From: Octopus sinensis
Lineage: Eukaryota
DNA: 64,000 nucleotides
Direction of reading: 5' to 3'
NCBI RefSeq assembly: GCF_006345805.1
Contig: NC_043003.1
Location: 107,756,001-107,820,000, forward strand
Shown here: positions 12,486 to 23,620 of the stretch, piece after piece
Layout: each line of letters opens with the position of its first letter
Position numbering within the stretch: the first letter of the stretch is position 1
Notes under the pieces: model-generated
What the model was told of the DNA's origin: nothing
What the model saw: only the letters and a program-made list of their open reading frames with translations
The model's database searches: none
Translations under genes and position numbers: made by a program

Positions 12486-12645
12486 GCACAAAATGCTTAG
12501 CGGCATTTTGTCCGGCTTTACGTTCTGAGTTCAAATTCCGCTGATGTTGGATTTGCTTGTCATCATTTCGGAGTCGATAAAATAAGTTCCAGTAGAACGT
12601 GTGATCGATTATATCTCTCCCCAGAAATTGCTAGCCTTGAGCCGT
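12486..12645 (+). mobile_element. SINE (third family, Meta-domain-like core)
   Basis: AAAATGCTTAGCGGCATTT..GAGTTCAAATTCCG..GTCGATAAAATAAG. Confidence 0.7.
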
Positions 12646-13708
12646 GATAATGATAATAATAATTATTATTATCATTATTTCTTTTAAGCTACTAAGCTGG
12701 CAGAATCGTGTGCATGTCGGGCAAAATGCTTAGCAGCGTATCATCTGAGTTCTAATCTTATATTGTTACTGTTTTATTTTTCACTTTTTACACGCCTTTT
12801 ATGTAACCCCACTTTGTGTTGTCCTGTACCGCCCCCAGGGCTTTTTGCGAACCCTTAGTGATTAATACAGGAAACATAATTGTTATTATTATTATATAAA
12901 AGAAATCATTGTTGTTGTTCTTGTTGTTTAACGGTTAGCTTCGAACTTTTACCGTTCGGTGTACTTGTCATATTTGTTGTCGACTTTATTCATTGAAGCT
13001 GTTTATTATTTTCATTCATTTCATTTGTCTTGTCGCAGAATTGACCAGTAATGTAGTCCACTAGTCGCTAACGTTTTAGTGTTTTAGTTTTCATTTTGAA
13101 CATTTGTTTGTTTCATAATCAAGCGGGAAAGACATCCAGGGACAAAAAAAAAAAAGAAAAAGAAAATAACAGGACAAAGAAATAATGTTAAAAACTCCCG
13201 CACCCTACCCCCCCCATCATCACCACCTTCAGTGAAACAACAAGATATCGAGGGAAAATGTAAAATTTGTCTCTCATTTTAATAATCTATGACAGCGACA
13301 ACGATGTTCCAGTCGCAAGTAAACCTCCGCACTTCGCCACCACTATCACCAGTAATCCGTCTACCAATTATGTTGAAGATGTTGACGGTCACGAGAACGA
13401 CGACGAAGAAAACAGGTGAAAATTAGTAGCAATATTATAGCGCTTTCAACTTCAGCAGCAAAAACACCAGCAGCAGCTTCTCTCCTGCCACATTAAACAA
13501 ACAATGAGTTAAAATTTTAAAACAAGGTCATCAATTTTGGGGGATGGAGTTAAGTCGATGACACCGAACCCCAGGGTTCAACCTTATCGGCCCCAAACGG
13601 TAGAATTTGAGTTCAGAATTGAAAGAGACTTTTACCTGGCGCGCTAACAATTCTGTTATCTTGCCACCTCCTATGCATATCTTTAACATGGTAATAATAA
13701 TCATAATA

Positions 13709-13916
13709 TAAAAAATTGGTTTCAAATTTTGGCACAAAACCAGCAATTTCGGGGAAGTGGGTAAGCCGTTTACATTGTCTCCAGTACTTATTTTATTGAC
13801 CCTGAAAAGATGAAATGCAAAGTCGACTTCGGCGGAATTTGAACTCAAAACATAGAGACGGACGAAATGCTGCCATTTTACGCAGCATGCTAACATCTCT
13901 GCCAGCTCACCGCCCT
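13709..13916 (-). mobile_element. SINE (third family)
   Basis: Reverse complement: GAAAAGATGAAATGCAAAGTCGACTTCGGCGGAATTTGAACTC..TGCCAGCTCACCGCC. Confidence 0.8.
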
Positions 13917-13926
13917 TTAGTTATAA

Positions 13927-14878
13927 CTAGCAGCATAGCCCGGCGTTTCCCGGGTATGTAAGAGCCCCTAGTAGGCAACGACTAATCCCAATCTAGTCCT
14001 TTCCCTCTAGGGAAGGAAGGCGCATGTGTAGGTTGCAATGTCTTCTCTTCACTCGAATACTTCTGTGTATACGATGTTCCTACCTGTCCCTTTGGGCGAA
14101 AACATGAAAACATCATTGCGCCTCCCAACGCGTGAACAGCCCACATAGAGTTGACCGTGGGCGAAGCACTGTTCGCCCAAATGTAACCCAGCGACTTGTA
14201 GCGTTTGGCCTTGGGATTTATTGATGGACATTGCGAAGCAGAGTTTAACAGGAAACAGAGAACGCCTGAAGTGGATTGGTAGGTCAGCGCCTGACGGTTG
14301 AATGTGCATGCGTGGAATGATGACGTCCTCTCCCTTCTCACAACCGGTAAGTATTGTGGCCGTTATTAAATGTGGTGCCAAATGTTTCACAACCAGACGT
14401 GTGCCGTTGTACTGTTCAGGTGGAACCAAATTCCTGATAAGCATAATGGGCGCACCGACTTTTAACTTCAGGCTGTGTAGCGGCAGGCCTGGCGGTTCAA
14501 GTGAATTCAGGAATTCAACAGGATAATCGGCAAGCTCGGTGGGGTCTGCTGTCCTATCAATAAATTTGTAGACGTGGTCATCACCAGGAATAGCTTCAAG
14601 TAGCTGGATATTGATGGAGTTCAGAGTTAAAAAGGTCGAGTTGCGTCCCCTAGACAGTCTGTGGTTTGTGTTTCTGATTTTCGACCCCATGTCGAATTTA
14701 TCGATTTTTTTCAGAACTGGGGGAACTTTTCAAAATTTTCGCTAAGTTAGTTTTGAATTATGACATTGGGCTATGTGCGTGTCAAGTTTTATCAGAATCG
14801 GTTGAAAGCCGTGGTCAGGGTGAGGGTACAACCTGACAGACACACAGACAGACAAACAGCCGTTTATATATAGAGAGA
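13927..14878 (-). mobile_element. Non-autonomous Helitron carrying a PIF1 helicase C-terminus
   Basis: On the minus strand: 5' A|TC (TCTCTATATATAAACGG..GTCTGTCTG), 3' hairpin CCCGG-GAAACG-CCGGG followed by CTAG|T; inserted between A and T with no TSD, the canonical Helitron signature. Confidence 0.9.
14049..14690 (-). CDS. Open 213-aa ORF: C-terminal fragment of a Helitron RepHel PIF1-family helicase
   Basis: YPVEFLNSLEPPGLP.H.LKLKVGAPIMLIRNL..NGTRL..FPVKLCFAMSINKSQGQTL..GLHL..F.HGQLYVGCSRV (helicase motifs V and VI). Rep and N-terminal helicase motifs are absent; expression unknown. Confidence 0.85.
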   Translation of the reverse strand: MGSKIRNTNHRLSRGRNSTFLTLNSINIQLLEAIPGDDHVYKFIDRTADPTELADYPVEFLNSLEPPGLPLHSLKLKVGAPIMLIRNLVPPEQYNGTRLVVKHLAPHLITATILTGCEKGEDVIIPRMHIQPSGADLPIHFRRSLFPVKLCFAMSINKSQGQTLQVAGLHLGEQCFAHGQLYVGCSRVGRRNDVFMFSPKGTGRNIVYTEVFE

Positions 14879-14884
14879 TATAAT

Positions 14885-15500
14885 TTTGATTTCAAATTTT
14901 GGTACAAGGCCAGCAAGTTGATTAAGTCGATTACATCGACTCCAATTCTCAGCTGGTACTTATTTTGTCGACACTGAAAGGGGATGAAAAACAAAGTCGA
15001 CCCCTGCGGCATTTGAACCCAGAACGTAAAGACGGACGAAATACCGCTTAGCATTTTGTCCGGCATACTAACGATTCTGCCAGCTCGCCACTTTATGTGA
15101 TAATATTGGTTTCTAATTTTGGCACAAGGCCAGCCATTTTGGAAGATGGGCTATGTCCATTACATCGACCCCAGTGCTCAACTAGTACTTATTTTATCGA
15201 CCCCAAAAGGAGATGAAAGGCAAAGTCGACTCCAGCGGCGTTTGAACCCAAAAAATAAAGATGGACGAAATACCTATATCTTTACTACCCACGAGGGGTT
15301 AAACACAGAGAGGACAAACAAGGACAAACGGATTAAATCAATTATATCGACCCCAGTGCGTAACTAGTACTTATTTAATCGACCTGGAAAGGATGAAAGG
15401 CAAAGTCGACCTCGGCGGAATTTGAACTCAGAACATAGCAGCGGACGAAATACCACTAAGCATTTTGCCCGGCGTACTAACGATTCTGTCAGGTCGCCAC
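14885..15500 (-). mobile_element. Tandem cluster of about 3 third-family SINE copies
   Basis: Repeated GATGAAAGGCAAAGTCGAC..GGAATTTGAAC at about 14985, 15215 and 15395; linker CCACTTTATGTGATAATAT occurs twice. Confidence 0.8.
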
Positions 15501-15532
15501 TTTATGTGATAATATAATATTAATTTGTGAAA

Positions 15533-15675
15533 GCTTGCGCTGCATTGGTTAGAGTGTTCCATTTATGATCACTCTACTGTGGGTTCAACTCCTGAACGAG
15601 CTGGCGCGTTGTCTCCTTGGTCAATGCCTGTATTTCATGTTGCCTCAGTAGAATCAGCTGAAAATAAGTACAAAT
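15533..15675 (+). mobile_element. Old tRNA-derived SINE fragment
   Basis: A-box-like TTGGTTAGAG, B-box GGGTTCAACTCC, followed by a GTTGTCTCCTTGG core. Confidence 0.5.
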
Positions 15676-16015
15676 CTTGTCGTTGCAACCCCCCCCTCTC
15701 TCTCTCTCTCTCTCTCTTTCTCTTCCTGCCATATCGCGGGTAATCTACTGGGTTAAAAGGTAGGAAAATGGAGAGGGCATCAGTGTCTCCTTGGAACAAT
15801 ATATGCCTCCAAAACAATTGGCGAAAGCATCGCACATGTTACCCAGCCACACTTTTGAGATTTATTAAATAATAGATCTCAGAAATAAAATAACAAAACT
15901 CGTACATTGACTACACCGAAAATATAGGGAACAAACAACTACACATAAAAAGTTAAGGCGCTATAAACTGATGAAAGTAATACTACAAACAAAACACACG
16001 CACACACACACTATG

Positions 16016-16047
<32 letters not shown>

Positions 16048-16546
16048 CATGCATAGATATGTATACATACAGGGTGAATCAAAGTAGCGGTTAATATGCA
16101 TTACTTCCGAATTGGGAGATATTTTTGACTCTATATTAGTAAACTGTACTGTGATGGTAAGATCAACGAATAAAGTAATCCATCTTGTATGCTGTGCGGG
16201 CCGTGTCTGTTGATTGTGTTGGGGCACCAGACGTGTTATAAAGCAATGTTTGGCATGTTCTCAGCACATGAAACTAATAGTAACACATAAAAACATATAT
16301 TGTGTTTACTGAATAATATATATATAAAATCTTTCATAATATAATGAAAAGAGCATATCGTATTAAACAATTAGACATGAAAAGGATAATTAACCAGAAC
16401 GAAATAGAAGTAGAGGGGACAGAAAATAAAACAAATCTAAACAAACAAGCAAAAGAGTAACACGACCTCAAACGTTTATTATGACAATTTAAGATGTCAT
16501 GGAAACAACCATGTAAATATAACACCTGCCTCCACGCATACACACA

Positions 16547-17102
16547 CAAGCGAGTTACAAATTTTACTGCAATTCTTCATTCGCAATTCCTCGCTCAAAA
16601 TTCGTTGGCAGAAGCTCCACGACACACTAGTCATATAAACAAGTTCGTCAATTGTTTGGTCCTCCAAGATCAGTTCATGAATTTTCGTGATGTTTTCATT
16701 CGTTTCAGATTTCGACGGTCACCCTGAACAAGATTGATCTTCAAACAACAAGTGACCATTCCTAAAGCGTGAAAATCACTCATAAACTTGTGTTTTTCTC
16801 ATGGCAGCGTCCTTGTAAGGTGTTTGAAGCATGACATATTTTGGCTGCTGTTTTCTCCAGTAGAAAACAGAATTTCATGGAAGCACGCTATTCCTTCGTT
16901 TCAGCCACCTCAAAAATCGACGAACAGGGGAGAAGCACAGCAAAATAAAGACGCACCGCGTGGCAGTACAACTTAACTCGACGACGCCGGTCAGCAGACT
17001 GATGCCTGAGGGTTGCATCAAGTGGCTTCTAGCGGTGGAAATATGAACTACTACTGGTTTGCTCTGCAGAGAACGTTCCGGTTCCTTTTTGGGTACCCCT
17101 CG
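16547..17102 (-). mobile_element. Mariner-family element, 5' TIR plus N-terminal transposase fragment
   Basis: Minus-strand TIR TA|CGAGGGGTACCCAAAAAGGAACCGG. From about 16908: KE*RASMKFCFLLEKTAA..YKDAAMRKTQVYE*FSRFRNG..EDQ..SG*PS..NENI.KI.ELI..TIDEL..ILSEELRMK..KFVTRL, typical mariner HTH region; truncated before the catalytic domain. Confidence 0.8.
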
Positions 17103-17449
17103 TATGCATGTATATGCTTACGTATACGTACATATATACATATACGCATATAAATACAAAACCAAATTCTGATAGCCCTGAACATGTTATAATCCACGAT
17201 AAACTACAAGCAGAAACTTAAAATTCCTGTATCTGCCAGACTCCTCTACTGGTACTTTGCATAGACTCGTATCTTGCACAATACAATACTTACATCATTT
17301 ATGCTAATGTGCGGGTACTATTATTTCATTTAATTATCTAAATTCAATATTTCATTTAGAATGTTTTGAAAAATCTGGAAAGACATTGGAACATATACAT
17401 ACATACAACATACATACATATATATATATATACATACATACACACTAAC

Positions 17450-17482
<33 letters not shown>

Positions 17483-17521
17483 ATATATACGATATATATA
17501 TATATATATATATTATTATAT

Positions 17522-17544
<23 letters not shown>

Positions 17545-17553
<9 letters not shown>

Positions 17554-17715
17554 GTTCAAAATATACGGAAAACAAAAGATTAAGACAGGTGAAGGGAGAA
17601 CAAGCAGGTGTATTAGTTTATCGCTCGAGAAGAATGGAAAAGTCTTTGATGTTTCGAGCCCACGCTCTTCGACTGAAAAGACGAAGAGGAAAATAAACGG
17701 AGAGAGAAAAAATGT
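17545..17715. mobile_element. Short PLE terminal-repeat-like fragment between (TA)n tracts
   Basis: Contains TTTGATGTTTCGAGCCCACGCTCTTCGACTGAAAAG, resembling a degenerate hammerhead-type PLE end on the minus strand; flanked by (TA)n. Confidence 0.4.
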
Positions 17716-17771
17716 GTATGCATTATATATATATACACACACACATGCATGTATCTATATAGATATATATA

Positions 17772-17813
<42 letters not shown>

Positions 17814-17838
17814 GTATATATATGTATGTATATATATG

Positions 17839-17869
<31 letters not shown>

Positions 17870-17870
17870 C

Positions 17871-17922
<52 letters not shown>

Positions 17923-17929
17923 TTATATA

Positions 17930-20900
17930 GATAAGAAAGTTTGTTTGGTAAAGCACGTGGGTGAATATATAGAAATAGTAAAGTGTGAAAAAACGACAGA
18001 AGGCTTAAATGTTAAAAATATATATATTTGTGTCAAAATGTCTGGAGAATATTGGAAAAAATTTTTTTCCTTCCTTAAAATGACATAATTTTAAAATTTT
18101 TAAAGAAATTACTGGTTTCGCGTGTAGCTTTCAATTCTTGTGACGTTATGTTTATATTGCATGGAGTTATCGTTGTTTTATTACAGGAGATTTCTAAATA
18201 AGGGAGGTAGTGAGTGATTTCCGTCCGGTGTAAGGGAGATAATCGCTTAAAATTTTTTTTTTTTCTTTTTCCTTGTTAATTTAATTTCTCTGTGTCAGTA
18301 TGTTCGGATGGTTGAGTCTGGGTTTGTACTTTTCAATGAAGAATGTTTCCTTGTTCAGTCTCATTTGTGTTGATGATCCGAAAGCACATTGGTAAAATGG
18401 GAAGATTAAAAATTGTGGCAGTATTGCTTTGCGCATTTCTCAATGTGCTCACTAAAAGTATCATTCTATATTCTGGGAATGCAATGTTGTCGATGCAGTG
18501 TGCATCTACGCCTGAGTGATAGTCCCGTTGAACCCACGTAGTCTTGGTGGCAGCCCGAGCATTTAATAACATAAATTATGTTTTCAGAGGCACAAGTAAA
18601 GTTAGATTTGATCTTGAATTTCTGTACCTCTTTAAAGAAGAATTCTGATCCTTCCAATAGGTTAGGACATGTTGCACAGTTCGATCTACCACATTTTTTT
18701 ACTTTTGCATCCGTAATTTTAGAAGACATTTTGCCTTTGTGAGAATCTTTTTAGTGATTTAGGCTGTTTGTAGCTTTTAATGATTGGGTGTATGTTTAGA
18801 ATTTCCTTTAATTTTGGGTTTTTATGAAGTATTGTAAATTCTGGGTGATGATGGTGAAGGCTTCTTTGTTTCTGGGTTTGTAGTAGATATGTAAGGTAGT
18901 ATTTTCGGGGAAGGTGTGTTGTTGTGTTGAACTTTTCTTAAAGTTTCTATGTTGATTTCTGTTGCACGTCTGATCCCATCCTCTATGAGTTGAGCTGGGT
19001 AATGTCTATCATTAGGGTGTTTTTGAGTTCTTGCAGTCTAAAGTTCCTGGTATTTTGTTCTGACACTATTGTGCATATCCTTCTTGCAAGGTTGAAGGGG
19101 ATGTTTGTTTTAGTGTGTCTTGGGTGGCATGAATTAAAAAGAAGGTATTGTTTGGCGTCTGTGGCTTTGTAAAAATGTCTGTTTCTATTTTAAGGTTAAT
19201 TTTTTTAATTGGTATATCCAAGAACGGGAGCTCCTTTTGGTTGTATTCCATTGTGAACTGTATATTTGGGTTTATGCTGTTCAATAGGTTTTTTAATTTT
19301 AAGGTTTATCTATTTTTTCATTCCAGAGAATGAAACAATCGTCTAGGAATCGTTTCCAATTCTCTTTTATGTATTGAGAGAGGGAGTTTCCAAAGATTGA
19401 TAGAGATTCCTGGTAATGATTATTTCCATGTATCCCATTGTTAAGTTCGCAATGACTGGTGCTGCCCTTGTACCCATAGCAATTCCGGATTTTTGACGGT
19501 AAAATGTATTGTCAAACATGAAGTGGTTATTGTGTAGGATGAATTCAATTGATTTAGTAATGAATTCCTTACTGATCCTTTTTGGTATTTCTTCCGGAAT
19601 TGGTCTAACCAGAACTGTATTGCCTCCAGTCCATAATTATGAGGTATACTGGTATACAAGTTGACTACATCAAATGAAACCAGGATTGTTTCTTCCTTGG
19701 TTTTTTTTGGAAGGTGGTTTAACATATCTAAGTCATCTCTGATATGGCTATCGATATGTTTAAGGAAGGGTTTTCGGGGATGTCCATAAGTAGACTTAGT
19801 CTGGTGTTTTTCACAGGTTGGGCCAGCTACAATGGGTCGTAGTTTTAGGTCCCCCGGATTAGGTGTGTGTATGTATGTCTTTGGTGATTTTTTAATGGTT
19901 TCATTTATAATTTGACTTTTATGATTTTTGGCAGACCATAGAAAAGGCTAGGTTTGCATTTAAAGTTGTTAGGAAATCAATCTCTTTGGTTGTCAGTTCC
20001 TTTTCATGGGTTTTAATTAGTGAAGATAGAGTTTTCATTATTTTTTGTGGTGTGTAGTTGTAATTTTTCATAATGTAGGTCTTCATCAAGCAAGGAAATT
20101 ACAAGATTTCTGTAGTATGATGTATCCATTATTACAACTGCATTTCCCTTGTCCGCTTCCTTAATGGTTATATCTTCATCATTTTGGAGTTCTATCAGTT
20201 CTTTCCATTGTGTAGTGTTAAAATTTGGGTTAGCTTTCTGTTTATGTATAGTATGGTAGGGGAAGTTCTCAATGGGTTACAGAATTCGTCAAGATCTTTA
20301 TTTCTTCCTCTGTGTGGGATGTGTTCACTTTTGTTCTTGACTAGTGATTCATCTTCAGTATTGAAACTGTTTGATGCTTCTGCTAGTCTTAATTTTCTGC
20401 AAAATTCTGTTATATTATCCTTGAGTTCATTTAGGTTTGCTCTGCGCGTGACTTGGTGTAAATTTGAGCCCTTTTGCGAGGATGTCAATTTTTATGTTAG
20501 AAAGAGGTTTGGTTGAAAGATTGATTATCTTCGGTTTTTCCTTATTACTAGGTTCCAGCCTGTTTCCTGGTGTCCCTGGTCCCTGGCTAAAAATGTTGGG
20601 TGTAATTTTGTTTGTATGAGTTGTCTGTGAGGTTGTGTGGTATTTGGTCGGGGGAGTGGTGGTATTGTTGCCTCCGATCGTTGTGTGTGTGTGGGAATCT
20701 ATGGTTGTTAATGCTTGTGGTGTGTGTAAAATTTCTGTATGGGAAATATTTTTGTTCGAACTTCTTGTATGTGGGATGTTGCTTGACATAGTGTTTCTTT
20801 GTTGCGTTTGTCTTGTGTTTAGTGGGGACCAGTAGTTTTGGTTCATGGGGTAGTAGTGATTTGTTTGTGGTGTATTTCTTATCCTAGTGTCGTATTGTGC

Positions 20901-21125
20901 TGTATGGTGGTTGGGTCTGGTATTAGGATGTTGTTGGTTTGTTCTGTTTTTGGTGTAATTCTTTCATAGACGCGTCCTCTGTCAGCTAGTTCCCTGTTAA
21001 GTCTAGCGTGGTTTGTAAAGGTTGGTTGTGGGTGATTTCTGTTTTTAGTGTATGGAGGATAGTTGGGGGTTGTTCGTGGGTTGTTAGGTTTTCTTTTTTA
21101 TTTATTGTAATTTTCTTAAGGAAGG
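17930..21125 (-). mobile_element. Near full-length decayed Penelope-like element, Neptune-like
   Basis: IINLSTKPLS..ILAKGLKFTP; LVSFDVVNLYTSIPH..GLEAI; GIAMGTRAAPVIANLTMGYME; KRFLDDCFI; NIQFTME..ELPFLDI; GIY-YIG region KKCGRSNCATC..FTCASENIIYVIKCSGC..YVGST. Many frameshifts; (TA)n at both ends. Confidence 0.9.
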
Positions 21126-21134
21126 GATTATATA

Positions 21135-21172
<38 letters not shown>

Positions 21173-21391
21173 TATATATATATATAATATATATATTATA
21201 TATATATATCTATTTTGTATGGATACGGCAGCAACATCCAAGGAATCAGTCAAGAAACCCGAATCAACACCGACTAACCGACTACTTATTAGCCGACAAA
21301 ACAAAATTAATTCCCCGATCGAAACTACAGACAGATAACTCAAACCTATTTACCAATGCTTTGTAAAGTCTCGATATATATATATATATAT

Positions 21392-21427
<36 letters not shown>

Positions 21428-21726
21428 TCAACAATAAGCTGTCTGCTCATAAAAACAATAATGCCTTATCAGACAAGGAGAAAGGTGTCGGAAATTATGT
21501 TTGGTATGTACAGAAGAGTTATTGGAAAACCGATGTAAGTTATTGAAAACTGCAAAAAGAGAAACAAAATTCTATGCATGGCATTGACTGATTCCTAAAA
21601 CGCCTTTAGCAGGATAGCACACGCTTAGATATAAGAGACAATGTCATAAAGAAGGCAGCTGCAACCACTGCCATGATCAGAATGAAAAGCATAAATAACA
21701 GTGTGCAGACGTAGCTATAGGCTGAA

Positions 21727-21882
21727 GCGTGGCTATGTGGTAAAAGTTTGCTTCCTAGCCACATGATTCCGGGTTCAGTCCCACAGCGTGACACTTTGGG
21801 CAAGCGTTTTCTACGATAACCCCAGGGTGACCAAATCCTTGTGAGTAGATTTGGTAAATGGGAACTGAAAGAAGACCATCGT
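21727..21882 (+). mobile_element. SINE 5' half (OR-like)
   Basis: GCGTGGCTATGTGGTAA..CCGGGTTCAGTCCCAC..GGAACTGAAAGAAG. Confidence 0.8.
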
Positions 21883-21917
21883 TGTGGTGTGTATATATGT
21901 ATATATATATATAATAT

Positions 21918-22000
<83 letters not shown>

Positions 22001-22091
22001 TATATAATATATATATCTATATATATATATATTTGTGCGTGTGTGTGTGTGTTAATACATATATGTATGTGTGTGTGTATGAGCTCACATT

Positions 22092-22348
22092 CCTGAGATA
22101 GTGAATTTGATTACCGGACTAGGATGTTGTTGCGTTCTTGAGCAAGACTATTTATTTCACGTTGCTTCAGTTAACACAGCTGTAGAAATGAGTTGCGACG
22201 TCACTGGTGCCACTGGCGTGGAGAAGAAGATTGGTATGCATGGACGATTGCTGGTCTTCCATAAACAATCTTGCGCGGACTTGTGCCTTGGAAGGAAATG
22301 TTCTAGATGCAATCCTATGGTCATTCATGACCGAAGACGGCCTTTACC

Positions 22349-22350
<2 letters not shown>
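22092..22350 (+). mobile_element. SINE (second family), 5'-degraded
   Basis: GCGTTCTTGAGCAAGAC..TTTCACGTTGC..CAGCTGTAGAAATGAGTTGCGACGTCAC. Confidence 0.65.
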
Positions 22351-22381
<31 letters not shown>

Positions 22382-22574
22382 TATAATATATTATATATAT
22401 ATAATAAATATTAGGGAATAAATCCAAATTTACAGGAAAAAATCAGATTTAGGATTAAATCCAATTTTATAGTAAAATATTATATAATATTATTAGAGAC
22501 AAAACCACTATTTTGCAAAACAAACAAGGAAGACTTAATCAATACATAAAATTTTAAAAAAAGTCAAAAAACCG

Positions 22575-22617
22575 CCACTACAATTGTTTCTTGTCCTAAT
22601 CGACAATCTTCAGGTGG
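22575..22617 (-). ncRNA. Type I minimal hammerhead ribozyme motif (inverted copy)
   Basis: Exact reverse complement of 22709-22751. Confidence 0.8.
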
Positions 22618-22708
22618 ACTTCCAATTTTCAAGTCAGTTTCATACACACACACATACATATATGTATAAAAAACCAACACACACACAAATATATTGAAAA
22701 TTGGAAGT

Positions 22709-22751
22709 CCACCTGAAGATTGTCGATTAGGACAAGAAACAATTGTAGTGG
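22709..22751 (+). ncRNA. Type I minimal hammerhead ribozyme motif
   Basis: CCAC-CTGAAGA-TTGTC-GATTAG-GACAA-GAAAC-AATT-GTA-GTGG: stem I CCAC/GTGG, core CUGANGA, 5-bp stem II, GAAAC, palindromic AATT in stem III, GUA cleavage triplet. Confidence 0.8.
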
Positions 22752-22837
22752 CGTTTTTTTTTGACTTTTTTATTAAAATTTTATGTATTGATAAGTCTTT
22801 CCTTGTTTGTTTTGAAAAATAGTGGTTTTGTCTCTAA

Positions 22838-22889
<52 letters not shown>

Positions 22890-22896
22890 ATATATA

Positions 22897-23585
22897 CTAG
22901 ACTAGACTACCAGTGACCCATTGGGGCACTGGGAAAGTCTGAGTTTCTCAGCAACGGAGTTTTGTTTCGAGGGTTTCTTTTTGTCTTTTTCAGGTTATTT
23001 CGAATGCTTTCAACGAATGTGACATCGAAATCAGGCGTAAACGGCTCCTTTCCACAGAAAAGAAAAGATTTGGCTGCTATTTCTTGCACGCCCTGCTACC
23101 ACGTAACACGTATTTTGAGTCCTTCATCGCAAATAGCTGTTACGAGATAGCAGGGCATGCTAGAAATAGCAGTCAGATCTTTGGAGATGAGATACGTTGA
23201 ATGCACTCCAAAGAAACTTAGGAAAAAAAACTGTTTCAAACCGAGGTTACGAACGGGTCTTTTACGAAATATTTAGCGTATTTTAAAAATAATTTTCATT
23301 GTAAAATATTTTGCCCATCATAATGTGTCTAATGGAAAGTTTAGAGGTTCTTCCCCTTCAGAGTTAAGTTATTTTCGGAGTATTATGTACCGTTTTGGGT
23401 ATTTATACTCCCAAAACCCCGAATATCTCAATAACCACTGGTCCGATTGATGTGAAACTTGTTTTATTCCGTTTGTATTCACATTTCAGGGACGCTTTAC
23501 GTTCAAAGTATTTTCCCATCATGCACCAGTTTGGCTGTAACATTGAGAGCAAGCAAACAAGATTGAATTCATTTTTAATATATCA
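22897..23585 (-). mobile_element. Putative non-autonomous Helitron
   Basis: Minus-strand 3' end: hairpin CCAGTG.CCC-AAT-GGG.CACTGG followed by CTAGTCTAG|T. The 5' end resembles the ATATAT-AAAAATGAAT..TTGTTTG starts of the other Helitrons here but the TC is not preserved. Confidence 0.55.

Positions 23586-23620
<35 letters not shown>

Larger units (their letters stand above)
22410..22847. mobile_element. ORF-less PLE-type unit with inverted arms, each carrying a hammerhead
   Basis: Arms 22481-22632 and 22694-22847 are inverted with a few differences; flanked by (TA)n on both sides. The 22410-22450 end resembles 54325-54365 in opposite orientation. Confidence 0.75.

Noticed and set aside
13288-13420. 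Possible acidic exon ending AG|GTGAAA
   Set aside because: No homology recognised and no partner exons; looks like decayed GAC/CAC trinucleotide sequence.
16068-16260. TA|CAGGGTG start as another Tc1/mariner TIR
   Set aside because: No matching opposite TIR or transposase found.
18105-18139. Hammerhead remnant in the Neptune-like 3' tail (GAAAC-CA-GTA-ATTTC)
   Set aside because: Core reads TTGAAAG; too degenerate to call.
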